DNA of 64,000 nucleotides from a virus: the IMG/VR virus record IMGVR_UViG_3300044692_000034, positions 77,738 through 141,737 of that record; one strand, given 5' to 3'. The stretch's first letter is position 1, and each line of letters begins with the position of its first letter. The notes beneath the pieces are model-generated. The model was not told the DNA's origin. It did no database searches and saw only the letters and a list, made by a program, of their open reading frames with translations. Below are positions 18,616 through 28,130 of the stretch, piece by piece. Both the position numbers and the translations under genes were made by a program.

Positions 18616-19862
18616 ATGCTGTCGACCCTTTCTGCGACCTCTTCGAACGCGGCCGTCAGCTCCGCGTCGGCAGCGTCGTTCTCTTCCTTTGACAGAGGGC
18701 CACGGTCGGAGTCGTCAGGCACCCAAATGCCGAACGTCTTGCCGTTGCCGGTCGCGTTGTTCCGGAACCGCAGCTCCATGCGACCCTTCGCGTTCTTGAC
18801 CGGGATGGGGCCGTGAGCGGTCACCCACGCCTTGAGCGCACCATGCAACTGGTTCTTCACGTATGTTGACTGGACGTACTCGGCGGCTGCTGCCTTGGCC
18901 TCCGGTAGCGTCCCTATGCCGCCCTCGAAGACTCTGTCGACGGCGTTGAGCGGGCAGCGCGTCGGCGCCGAGCAGTAGCCGCAATGGTGCCCAGGAGACG
19001 GCGAGAAGATCTCGCTCTTGCTGCCGCCCATGAGCGCACGATCCAGAAGCTCCACCAGCATGGTCATCTCCTCTCGGAGCGACTCCATGTCAGAGCGGCG
19101 AACCATTCCATACCGTGCGACGCCTTCGAACGGGTAGAACTCTCGCAGCTCCACGAACTGCGCGCTCGGGTACGTCTCCAACGCGAGGAGTCCGTAGAAC
19201 CGCTGCTGGAAGTACCCGTGGTACGACAGGTGGTCCGGGTCGTCCCAGTGGTCACCCTTGTTCTGATCCGGGTGGTCACGCGGCGGTCCCTCCGGGGGAG
19301 CCTTTCGCGTCGTCTTCCAGTCGAGGATGGTTAGGCCGGGAACGCTGCGTTGCGCGTTGACGGGCGCGCCGAGGATGGCGTCGGGCTGGCCCGTGATCTG
19401 CCTGTTGATGACCTCACCGGTCGTCGGATGCGGATATGACACCGCCGTCGCGAGTCGTCGCTCCACGGCGATGAGCCGGCGCATACCGAACGTGTTCTCG
19501 TGACAGAACTTGATCATGACGATGCGGAGCACGCGGCGCTCACGCGCGCTCGGCAGCACGACCTCGTCGTCAGGGACGTCGCGTTGCCGACAGACCTCAT
19601 ACAAGATCCGCAGCCCCTCGCCGACCGGCATCTTGACGATCTTGTGGGCGCGCATGTACCGCAACACCTGCGCAGCGGCACGATGGAACAAGATGCCTCG
19701 GGCCTGCGCGTCGTTGGTGTACTTGCCGCCGCCCTCGAGCCCGAACAACGCGCTGAGCGTGCAGTCGTCAAAGTTGGCCATGAGCGACTGCCGGTAGTCG
19801 GGGTACGCCTCGATGACCTCCGGCAGGGTGCGTGCCGGCAGCGTCCTCTTACGCCTGCCCAT
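18612..19862 (-). CDS. PD-(D/E)XK exonuclease (RecB/Cas4-like)
   Basis: RGILFH, GQPD, ILDWKT, Q..FY, C-terminal HCGYC...C. Confidence 0.8.
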   Translation of the reverse strand: MGRRKRTLPARTLPEVIEAYPDYRQSLMANFDDCTLSALFGLEGGGKYTNDAQARGILFHRAAAQVLRYMRAHKIVKMPVGEGLRILYEVCRQRDVPDDEVVLPSARERRVLRIVMIKFCHENTFGMRRLIAVERRLATAVSYPHPTTGEVINRQITGQPDAILGAPVNAQRSVPGLTILDWKTTRKAPPEGPPRDHPDQNKGDHWDDPDHLSYHGYFQQRFYGLLALETYPSAQFVELREFYPFEGVARYGMVRRSDMESLREEMTMLVELLDRALMGGSKSEIFSPSPGHHCGYCSAPTRCPLNAVDRVFEGGIGTLPEAKAAAAEYVQSTYVKNQLHGALKAWVTAHGPIPVKNAKGRMELRFRNNATGNGKTFGIWVPDDSDRGPLSKEENDAADAELTAAFEEVAERVDSI

Positions 19863-20985
19863 CGCCCACCAGCTTCGCGCGCTCCTCCAGGTATTCCGCC
19901 TTTGCTGCGTCGAAGCGCTCGCGCAGCTCCTTGCCGGACTTCCGGGCCGCCTCGATGGCCTCCTTGTCGTCCTCGCCGGTGGCGGTGTCGAGCGCCGCCG
20001 TGATCGACGCCGCCTCGGTCATGAAGTCGGTGTGCTTGGTGTGCCACTCGGCGTCGAGCGCCGCAACCTTCTTGTCATTCTCGAAGTCGTCGAGGTCGGC
20101 CGTGGCGGACTCGACCCACGTATCGATGGCGTCCTGCGACGCGCCGCTGACGATCAACTCCACCGTGAAGTAGTCGAAGCCGCCGAAGTCCAGCTCCCTG
20201 GCGCGGTCGACGATGGCGAGCACCTCGGGCGGGAGCGTCGAGTTCTTGCGGGCCTCGTCGGCGCCGATCTCCTCGTACTCCGCATCCGTCGAGTTGATCG
20301 TCTCGTCCTCTCCCTCGACGATGATGCCGCCGAGCGGAGTCGCCTGCCTGGCCGCCTGCCGCTCCGCAGCCGCGAGCAGCATGACCGACTTCTGCTTGGA
20401 CCACGGGGAGTACGACGACGCGTCGGTCGGTTCGTACTGGTCGAGGTACGCGAGGAAGAACCCCTTCTGCCGGCCCGTCTTCGGGTCCCACACCTCGGCC
20501 CACGAGGCGACCATTGGGCCGCGCTTGCTCGGGTGCGCGTAGACGTGCCTGACCTTGCTCGTGCGGTCGGGCTCGTGCGTGACGGCGAACTGGTCGTTCT
20601 CGTGGATGACGTCGCCGCGCATGTCCATGCGGTTGCGCTGGACGATCTTCCGGAGGCCGTCACGGCCGACCATGATGAGCAGCTTGCCGGGATTGCCGTT
20701 GCGCCCGTTCGACTTGGTGAACCAGATCTCGGACGTGTACGGGTCGAGCCCGTAAGCGAACGCCAGCTCCAGTGCGCTGGCCAGCTCGTTGTCATCGAGC
20801 TTGTCGGCCTTCGAGCGGAGCAGGGCCTTCTGCGTCTCCGGCAGGCTCGACCAGATCGTCTGCCTGGTCGCGAACTGCCGCTCCTGGCGGCGCTCGGAGA
20901 CGACCAACTCCCCGCGCTCCACCGGCGGAGGGACAATGAACCCCTCGTCCCTCTCCGTCTTGTCCTTCGCCTTTGTCTCCGGCAT
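19849..20985 (-). CDS. Bet/RecT-family ssDNA annealing protein
   Basis: YGLDPY..EIWF.K, IMVGRDGLRKI, PW......ML..AAERQAARQA; adjacent to exonuclease. Confidence 0.85.
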   Translation of the reverse strand: MPETKAKDKTERDEGFIVPPPVERGELVVSERRQERQFATRQTIWSSLPETQKALLRSKADKLDDNELASALELAFAYGLDPYTSEIWFTKSNGRNGNPGKLLIMVGRDGLRKIVQRNRMDMRGDVIHENDQFAVTHEPDRTSKVRHVYAHPSKRGPMVASWAEVWDPKTGRQKGFFLAYLDQYEPTDASSYSPWSKQKSVMLLAAAERQAARQATPLGGIIVEGEDETINSTDAEYEEIGADEARKNSTLPPEVLAIVDRARELDFGGFDYFTVELIVSGASQDAIDTWVESATADLDDFENDKKVAALDAEWHTKHTDFMTEAASITAALDTATGEDDKEAIEAARKSGKELRERFDAAKAEYLEERAKLVGDGQA

Positions 20986-21064
20986 GCCTGCTCTCCCAAC
21001 TAGACGACAATCGGTTGTTGGGAACACGCTACAAGCCGCACCGGCGGCAAAACTGCCGAACAGG

Positions 21065-21226
21065 CTACCTCCCTACGACAAGCAGCTCAGTGCCGCACGC
21101 GTCGCAGGTGACCTGCTCCCCGTTGCTCACATCGCCCTCTACTTCGAACACCTCTCCGCACGCCTGGCAATTCAAGCGCGACCAGTGGCCTTCGTACTGC
21201 GCGTCTGCCATGAGCGACTCATCCAT
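21065..21226 (-). CDS. 53-aa Zn-ribbon protein (not in ORF track)
   Basis: MDESLMADAQYEGHWSRLNCQACGEVFEVEGDVSNGEQVTCDACGTELLVVGR; -10-like TAATGT 6 nt upstream. Confidence 0.6.
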   Translation of the reverse strand: MDESLMADAQYEGHWSRLNCQACGEVFEVEGDVSNGEQVTCDACGTELLVVGR

Positions 21227-21960
21227 GACACGACATTAGCTGAGCTGCGCCTTCGAGAAGGCGTCGCTCTCATCGCGGTGCCTCGGCAGTCGGACGAACC
21301 TGAGTGCCATTGAGACGGTGCTTCGAGCTAAAGGCGTCCTCTGTGAACCCAGTGAGTCGGCGCAGCTCAGCCCGGCGGCACGGTACCAAGACAGCGACGC
21401 GGCCCGTAGAGGAGGAGAGGATCCCGGGCCGCGTCGCGTACTCCCCCGCGCACGATTCGGAAGAGCACGCCGCAGGCTAACCACGCACGAACACGCATCA
21501 GCCGACACCTAGCCGAACGGCCGGCAACAAGAAGACGCGGCAGAACTGGAGCCCAGACGAGTTATGCGCGTCCTCGTTGATATGGGGGCTACAGCTCTAC
21601 CGCGCCGCGTGAGCCTACAGCAGCCGTTGCCTCAACTGCTCTGCGGTGGAATCTTGTTTGAACCATTTGCAGCTAGCTTCCGAACTGCTTTAGGTGGTGT
21701 TCAGATGCTGGGGGGTGAGGGGACGAGCGGACTTCGGGAGATAGCGGACATTCAATCCCCCACCCCCCTTCCCCCCGCCCCCATGAGTCAAAAATGGTGT
21801 GCGGAGAACGAGTTAGCGTGGCCCCTTTGACGGGCGAAGCGGCGACGGTGAGTTTCGTGCGAGGTTGCCGGCCTGTGATGCACGAACTGAGTCGTCCGCA
21901 CGGTAAGCCGATGCATCTGTTAGGCTTACCGCGTCTGGTGTTGAGCGCGGCAGACCTTAC

Positions 21961-21999
21961 ACGACCCCCGGAACGCCAACCGGGGGTCGTGCTCTTTCT
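21961..21999 (+). terminator. Intrinsic terminator-like hairpin
   Basis: acgacccccgg-aacgccaa-ccgggggtcgt followed by gctctttct. Confidence 0.6.
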
Positions 22000-22057
22000 G
22001 GCCGTCATCCTATTCATGTACGCTGCCGCCGTAAGGCCCCATCAACGGAGGTTCAGC

Positions 22058-22396
22058 ATGTCTCAGCGCCGCCACTTCTGGAACGGCGACACCACGGACC
22101 CGGCGCCCGCCCCCGCGCCGAGCCCCGCTCCCACGCCCACCCCGGCGCCGCCGGCCACCATCTTCGGTCTCACGCTGCCGGCAGGGTGGGTACAGACGGA
22201 CCACAACTCGTTCACCAAGCCCAACTCGGGTGTGAGCGCCATGACCACCATCGACGGATGGATCTTCACGAACATCGCGTACGTCGAAGCAGCAACGTTC
22301 TGGGGGCAGATGTCGTCGCAGCCCGGCTACAGCAGCCTGCCGCCCGTGACCAGCGTCTCGACCACCGTCACCGTCACCGGCAACGTGGGCGGATAG
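22058..22396 (+). CDS. Pro-rich hypothetical protein
   Basis: GGAGG RBS; TACGCT -10-like hexamer at 22019-22024. Confidence 0.6.
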   Translation: MSQRRHFWNGDTTDPAPAPAPSPAPTPTPAPPATIFGLTLPAGWVQTDHNSFTKPNSGVSAMTTIDGWIFTNIAYVEAATFWGQMSSQPGYSSLPPVTSVSTTVTVTGNVGG

Positions 22397-22406
22397 GCTC
22401 CCGCCC

Positions 22407-22880
22407 ATGTACAAAACCATTCGCCGCGCGCTCGCGGCGCTACTCCCCCTGGCGGCCGTGCTCGCCCTGCACAGCTCGTCCGCGCTCGCGTGCACATCGA
22501 GCACGCCCACACCGCCGACGCCGTGGCCGGACAACCCCGCCACGACGTACACCGACGCGAACACGCACGCGATCGTCTGCTCGACGACGAGCCTGCACAT
22601 GGGCGACGCCGAGTGGACCCTCGCGAACCTCACGTACGGCGACTGGTGCAGCCGCCGCGAGCAGTGCCCCATCGACGGCACCGACGCGTGGGTCGGGTCG
22701 TGGGACACGCGCCCGCTCAAGCCCGTCCCCGGCCAGCCACGCGAGGTCTTCGCCGAGGTCTTCTGGTACAACACGACCTGGCGGCAAGCCTGCGAGTACG
22801 AAGGCGTCCTCCAAGGCGTCGACGTGAGCATGACCCTGGAGGCCGGCACCGGCCTCTGGGACGGTTGCTTCAGCTACTAG
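22407..22880 (+). CDS. Secreted Cys-containing protein
   Basis: Signal peptide (RRALAALLPLAAVLA...SALA). Confidence 0.7.
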   Translation: MYKTIRRALAALLPLAAVLALHSSSALACTSSTPTPPTPWPDNPATTYTDANTHAIVCSTTSLHMGDAEWTLANLTYGDWCSRREQCPIDGTDAWVGSWDTRPLKPVPGQPREVFAEVFWYNTTWRQACEYEGVLQGVDVSMTLEAGTGLWDGCFSY

Positions 22881-22885
22881 CGCTT

Positions 22886-22919
22886 GCGTGGTCCCCGGCT
22901 CGTGCGCTGGGGACCACGC
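22886..22919. terminator. Hairpin between convergent genes
   Basis: gcgtggtcccc...ggggaccacgc. Confidence 0.6.
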
Positions 22920-22926
22920 GCTCAGC

Positions 22927-23127
22927 CTAGAAGACCTCGTGCTCGTCCCAGTTGGGGTCTGTGAAGTCGCTAGGCGGCTCGATGTGCACGATCGTCCCGT
23001 TGATCGACAGCACATCTCCAGGCTTGAGGCGGACGCCTCCTACCCACGCCGCCGTCCCACGGTCCGTCACCTTCTTATACGTGATTGACTGCCCCGTCAC
23101 GTCCTTGTCGTTGACTGTGACGGTCAT
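22927..23127 (-). CDS. Small hypothetical protein
   Basis: ATG 23127 after upstream stop. Confidence 0.55.
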   Translation of the reverse strand: MTVTVNDKDVTGQSITYKKVTDRGTAAWVGGVRLKPGDVLSINGTIVHIEPPSDFTDPNWDEHEVF

Positions 23128-23131
23128 GGGC

Positions 23132-23458
23132 TTACGTCCACGCCGCTGTCGGCCGCGACCCTGCGATCTTTTTCGCCTCATACCAGTCCCCCCTCACGAT
23201 GAACTTGATCTGTGCGCCGTTGACGATAAAACGATTACTCGCTCGGTCGTACTTGATCTCGTCGTCGCGGAACTCTTTGCGTAGCTCCACCTCAACCATG
23301 CGGCGCTGCTGCTCCGCGTGCGCAAGCGTGTGCGAGAGCACCACCACGTACGCATGCGGCGTGTCTCGCACGTGCTCCGCCACTGCTCGCACTGCGGCTA
23401 GACGCTTTCCGTTACGCCTACCTAGCTGATAGTCGAGTTCTGCTTCCAGCATGCCCAT
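23132..23458 (-). CDS. Hypothetical protein
   Basis: ORF with phage-like codon usage. Confidence 0.55.
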   Translation of the reverse strand: MGMLEAELDYQLGRRNGKRLAAVRAVAEHVRDTPHAYVVVLSHTLAHAEQQRRMVEVELRKEFRDDEIKYDRASNRFIVNGAQIKFIVRGDWYEAKKIAGSRPTAAWT

Positions 23459-23482
23459 GCCGGAATGCTCGCACAGAAGACC

Positions 23483-23506
23483 GCCGGCCGCCCTAAGGCG
23501 GCCGGC
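23483..23506. terminator. GC-rich hairpin
   Basis: gccggccgcc-ctaa-ggcggccggc. Confidence 0.5.
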
Positions 23507-23687
23507 TGAGTCAAGCCCTCACTCACTCCGACGAAGTCCCGTCAACACCCGTAGCCGATGCGGCAGAGTCCGATCAGAGAGCGACGTTCGAAGGTATTGG
23601 TATCGGTGCTGCCGAGCAGCGTACCAAAGACACCACGACCCGAGCCTAAGCCCGGGTCGTGGCACTACACCTGCCGCCGGCGAACAG

Positions 23688-24224
23688 CTAGTACGTCGTC
23701 GTCACCGGGCCGGAGACGACGTTGATGTCGATCGCGGGGAACCCGTCCAGGAAGTCCGGCGTCAGATCGACGACCCACTCCTTCGCGACGCCGTGCTTCG
23801 GGTGGTCCACGTCGCGGCAGTACGCCACGATGTGGTCCTCCCAGATGTTGCCGTACGCGTTCGTGCCCGTGATGTGCGTACCACTCGGGTCGACTGGCGT
23901 GCCGATGGAATGCACCTTGCCCTTCGCGCACGTCGCGAGGTCGAACTGGCCGACGAGCCCACCGGACGACGTCAGGCTCGCGTCGACGCCGTCGATCGCG
24001 GCGCAGTCGGCATCGCCAGCCGTGGTGAGCGCGTTGATGTCCGCCTGGTTGACGCTCACCGGATTCGCCACCGTGCCGGGCGGACGCCCGTTCAGCGACG
24101 CCTTGAACTGGAGGCCGTGGCACTGGTTGTACGGCTTCGTCGGGTTCGCGTGAGCGACCCCGGGTGCGACGAGCGCGAGCGCCGCAGCGCCCACGGTCAC
24201 AAAGGCGCGCATGCCCTTGAACAT
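23688..24224 (-). CDS. Secreted protein
   Basis: Signal peptide ending VAHA; AGGAGG RBS; four Cys. Confidence 0.75.
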   Translation of the reverse strand: MFKGMRAFVTVGAAALALVAPGVAHANPTKPYNQCHGLQFKASLNGRPPGTVANPVSVNQADINALTTAGDADCAAIDGVDASLTSSGGLVGQFDLATCAKGKVHSIGTPVDPSGTHITGTNAYGNIWEDHIVAYCRDVDHPKHGVAKEWVVDLTPDFLDGFPAIDINVVSGPVTTTY

Positions 24225-24453
24225 GTGATCCTCCTGGATCGTGCCGGGCTGCTCCCCATTAGAACAGCCCTACCAGTTGGGTTCGTGCACTCGACCCCGA
24301 GAGCACGTCCGGATACCCGGCGGGCACTCTCCCACAGCACCACCATGAACGCAAACGGGCCGCATCTCTGCGGCCCGATCGCTCACTGCCCGATGTAGTA
24401 GTGACTTGGCGGACGGGCTGATCACCGACGCCCGTAGGCGTCCCCGTCCGATG

Positions 24454-24527
<74 letters not shown>

Positions 24528-24549
24528 ACGGGGAGGAGAAGGTACACGG

Positions 24550-27279
24550 TTACATGAGAACCCACAACCACGTCGGCGCAACCGAGTACGTCAACTTGAT
24601 GAAGTGGCCGTTTGGGACTGGCACCCACCCCGACGTCACGCCCATGTCGACGCCATCGACCTCTATCTTCGTCACCGTGCCGCCCGTGACCTGCACCATC
24701 GCGCTGCGGCCGAAGTCGTTCACCTGCTCCACGGTGGTCGCTGGGACCGCTAGCACATCGCCTCCGGTGACCGGCCCGAGGTACCGGTTCATGTCCTCGA
24801 TGACGATGTTCTGGCCACCCAGCTTGGACGGCTTCAGTAGCTCGTTGTGGCTGAAGTTGATCCGCCCGACCAGTGCGTTGTTCTGGTCGACGATGTGCGT
24901 GCCGTGGCTGGTCTCGATGTTCATCTGCTCGATGACGAGTGGGAAGCGGCAGCCGGCCGGCGCGTCTGTCTCAAACGCGTGCGTTGCCTCTTCGACGCTC
25001 ATGTTCACGATGGTCGCGCCGTGGTACGCCACCGACCCGAGCCCGAACACGCCACCCGCCGAGACGCAGTACACGCTCGCCCACCGCAGGCACGCAAGGT
25101 GGTCGGTGACCGTACCGGCGTAGTAGAAGTCCTGGCAGCCGTAACTGATCGACACACAGTTGTCGTTCTCGTTGACGTCGGGGAGCTTGCGGCCCATACC
25201 CTGCTGGTTGGTGGGGCGCCGCGCGTTCATCTGGCTGGCGGTGCGGCCGGTAAGCGCCGTGAAGTTACCTTCGCTGAACTGTGCGACGTGCTGGAGGTTG
25301 AGCGCGCAGAAGCACGGGTTCGCCGGCGCAATGATCTTGAAGCCGCTGTACGAGAACAAGACGTTCGTGTAGTGGCCGGTCATGCCGTTGTCATCGAGGA
25401 CGCTGACGTCCTGCACGGTCGGGCCTCCGATGAAGCTCGGCACACCCCAGTCGTCGTCGAAGTCCTGTCCGACGATGCACGCGTACAGGCAGACGCCGTC
25501 GTGCTGCCCTGTCTGCTGGTTCCAATGGTTCCAAGCCGAGCCCTCGTCGACGCCGACTATCCTCCCAGAGAACTTTTGGTCGGTGTCGGCTTGGATCCAG
25601 ATCGGCAGCGCCATGTTCCCGAGCGTCGGGCCGCCAACGATCAGGTCAGGCTTGAACATGTAGCCGCCGACGGAGAGCTTCATCTCGGCGTTGTTCGTGC
25701 CGTCTCCGGTTGCGTCGCAGTGTTTCGCATAGGCGTCCGCCATGCAGTCGAGGAACGCTTGCGTGTCGTCGGTGCCGTACACCGCGCGCTCTCCGGCAAC
25801 TGCGGATGTTGCGGCGTCCGTGAGCACCACCGTGTTCTCATCGATGACGCTCGCGATGGTCGTCAGGTGCTCAAGACCGTCGGTGTCCCAATCGGAGCCG
25901 GCTCCGTCGACCATGATTGCCTTGCCGACGTCGGCTGTCGTGAAGCTCGCGCTTGCGCTCGACAGATGCGTCTTCGTGCCGGACGAGATCACCACGTCCT
26001 GGAGGACGAAGGCGTCACGCTTGGCGCCGTAGTCCTCGGGGAAGTACCTGTTGCGGCCGACGTCGTCTCGTGTGTCGGGGTAGAGCGGAACCCACTCGTC
26101 GCCGATCTGCTCGGACGAGCGGTACCGCCGCCCCAGGCTGTTCGACGCGCTCGACGGGTTGGCGGGTGTTACCGCATTCGAGTTCGCCGACCCTGAGCCG
26201 TCGTCGTTCGTGGCCGTAACGACACACCTGATCGACTTGCCGATGTCGTCGGACGTGATCGTGTACGTGGAGTCAGTGGCGTCGGTAATGTTGACGCCGT
26301 TGCGCTGCCACTGGTACGTGAAGCCCGTCGGACTGTGCGTCCACGTGCCGTTCGTCGTCGTGAGCGTGGAGCCCGTTGTCAGGCTGCCGGAGACGGCCGG
26401 CGCCACGGTGTTCGCCGGCGCCAAGCTCGGCGCTGTCGGCGTCACCGTGTTCGAGTCGGCGCTCGCCGACCCTTGCGTGTTGGTCGCTGTCACGGTGCAC
26501 TTGATGGAGTGCCCCTCGTCTCCGCCGACGAGCGTGTAGGTGTTGCCCGTCTCGCCTGAGATGTTGGCGCCGTCCCTCTTCCACTGTTTCGTGAACGTTG
26601 GGCTCGGGGAGCCGGACCATGACCCGTTGTTGCACGTCAGCACGTTGCCGGTCGTGGCCGTGCCCGTGATAGCCGGCTCGACGGTGTTTGCCGGTGCGCT
26701 GTCTCCGCCGCTTGGCATGGTGACGAGCGCGTCCACACCGTAGTGCGTGTGGTTGAACGTGTCGAACTGGATTGTGGACGGTGGCTCCGATGGGTCTGCG
26801 GGCGTAAATCCCTTGAATAGGCCGTTGTTGAGGCCGTCGCCGCCGGTAGTGGCTGTCAGGTTCCCATCGTCGGGGGAGTCGACCTCGTTGTCGAACACGT
26901 GCGCCTTGAACGCGTAGCCGCCGTTCGGGAGGTACACGGCGACGACGTAGTACGTCCCCGACGGAAACGGGTCTATGTCGATTGGGTCGTCGAGGAGCAC
27001 CTCGTTCCACTCGCCGTGCGCGAGCCCCGTCGGGAACGCCTTCACGGCGACCAGCTCGGCGTCCGAGTGCAGGATCGCTGTGTGATCGAACGAATACACG
27101 TAGGCGTAGCAGCCGGCCATGTTCTCGGCACCCGTGCCGGGGAAGATGCGCACGCCGTCGAGTGTCGCTCCGCTGTCGCCGTTGATCACGGCTATCTGCG
27201 TACCGACGACGATCGCCGAGTGGTCGGTGTCGTTGCTGTAGCCGACGAGGTCGTCGCTACCGAAGACGCTAATGCTCAT
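24550..27279 (-). CDS. Tail spike / receptor-binding protein (DUF4082-like N-terminus, two Ig-like repeats, probable beta-helix)
   Basis: GWNEV.L..PI...YVVAVYLPNG.Y; two APANTV.PA..G modules; EDYGA and GTDDTQAF beta-helix entry motifs. Confidence 0.75.
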   Translation of the reverse strand: MSISVFGSDDLVGYSNDTDHSAIVVGTQIAVINGDSGATLDGVRIFPGTGAENMAGCYAYVYSFDHTAILHSDAELVAVKAFPTGLAHGEWNEVLLDDPIDIDPFPSGTYYVVAVYLPNGGYAFKAHVFDNEVDSPDDGNLTATTGGDGLNNGLFKGFTPADPSEPPSTIQFDTFNHTHYGVDALVTMPSGGDSAPANTVEPAITGTATTGNVLTCNNGSWSGSPSPTFTKQWKRDGANISGETGNTYTLVGGDEGHSIKCTVTATNTQGSASADSNTVTPTAPSLAPANTVAPAVSGSLTTGSTLTTTNGTWTHSPTGFTYQWQRNGVNITDATDSTYTITSDDIGKSIRCVVTATNDDGSGSANSNAVTPANPSSASNSLGRRYRSSEQIGDEWVPLYPDTRDDVGRNRYFPEDYGAKRDAFVLQDVVISSGTKTHLSSASASFTTADVGKAIMVDGAGSDWDTDGLEHLTTIASVIDENTVVLTDAATSAVAGERAVYGTDDTQAFLDCMADAYAKHCDATGDGTNNAEMKLSVGGYMFKPDLIVGGPTLGNMALPIWIQADTDQKFSGRIVGVDEGSAWNHWNQQTGQHDGVCLYACIVGQDFDDDWGVPSFIGGPTVQDVSVLDDNGMTGHYTNVLFSYSGFKIIAPANPCFCALNLQHVAQFSEGNFTALTGRTASQMNARRPTNQQGMGRKLPDVNENDNCVSISYGCQDFYYAGTVTDHLACLRWASVYCVSAGGVFGLGSVAYHGATIVNMSVEEATHAFETDAPAGCRFPLVIEQMNIETSHGTHIVDQNNALVGRINFSHNELLKPSKLGGQNIVIEDMNRYLGPVTGGDVLAVPATTVEQVNDFGRSAMVQVTGGTVTKIEVDGVDMGVTSGWVPVPNGHFIKLTYSVAPTWLWVLM

Positions 27280-27689
27280 GTGAGTCTCTGAATCCAGATC
27301 GTCTTGGGGTCGTAATCGGTTGGGTCTGGTTCTGCGTCATCGGGGTCGGTGACAACCATTCCCGCGCTTGTCCCCTGGCCGTTGGTCCAGTTCCCCTCGC
27401 CGTCCAGGACGAGCGCCTGCCCTGCCTGCGGGTCGCTCATCTGGACAACGACGACCTCGTTCCAGGTCGTGTCGTGCCCTGAGTTCGCTGTGCCGATCCT
27501 GTGGAGCTGCCACAAGTGGTCGAGCGCTTCAATGAACGCGTTGTCGCGCTCATTGATGGCGAAGAAAGACTGCCCCGCGAACAAGCTCGCCAGCGACACC
27601 GCAGCACGCCCATCCTGCGGGTTTACATAGTCGAGACCGTCGCCTGGTCCGCGCCCGGGCTTGTACGCGTACTTGATGTAGGTGGCCAC
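27276..27689 (-). CDS. Hypothetical virion-associated protein
   Basis: Coupled to tail spike; GQAL..DG..WTN and C-terminal IWI motifs. Confidence 0.6.
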   Translation of the reverse strand: MATYIKYAYKPGRGPGDGLDYVNPQDGRAAVSLASLFAGQSFFAINERDNAFIEALDHLWQLHRIGTANSGHDTTWNEVVVVQMSDPQAGQALVLDGEGNWTNGQGTSAGMVVTDPDDAEPDPTDYDPKTIWIQRLT

Positions 27690-27698
27690 GGCCTTGTC

Positions 27699-28130
27699 CT
27701 ATTTCTGCAATGTCGGCGGATACGGGTACAGGCTGCGACAGAAGCTCTCGATGTCGGCTTGGCTGCGAGACAACGGCAACCGCTCGGAGATCCTGACTCG
27801 CCGTCCGCGCGCATTCTCTGCCGTGGCCTTACTACGCGCATACGCCGCCTTGTCCTTCTGCCGTAGGAGGTTGCCGACGTCGTTCGCTAGCGAGATTAGG
27901 TCGGTGTTTGCGTCGTAGGACTCAAAGTCGCGTGAGACTCCACGTGCGCATCCGTCGCGAAGTTGGTCGGTTTGCGCAACTTGGCTCGCACGAGCCGCGT
28001 CACGCACATCAGCACGCGTCTTGACACCAAGAGCCCACACGGCGATGACGAGTGCACCGACAGCCGCGAGCATTGCAATGAACAACTTGGCGACCATGCG
28101 TGTGCTCTTATTTCTGTCGTCTTCGCTCAT
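27699..28130 (-). CDS. Single-pass membrane protein (lysis cassette)
   Basis: One TM helix then helical domain with two Cys. Confidence 0.65.
   Translation of the reverse strand: MSEDDRNKSTRMVAKLFIAMLAAVGALVIAVWALGVKTRADVRDAARASQVAQTDQLRDGCARGVSRDFESYDANTDLISLANDVGNLLRQKDKAAYARSKATAENARGRRVRISERLPLSRSQADIESFCRSLYPYPPTLQK

Noticed and set aside
18612-19862. Cas4 / CRISPR system
   Set aside because: No repeat-spacer array or other cas genes; context next to Bet indicates a recombination exonuclease
21236-22017. ORFs 21236..21508, 21564..21830 and 21673..22017 as repressor/Cro genes
   Set aside because: No HTH pattern, atypical composition, and they overlap strong RNA structures
23480-23665. 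Pistol or hammerhead ribozyme
   Set aside because: Only partial motifs (cctaag, ctgatc); conserved catalytic cores not found
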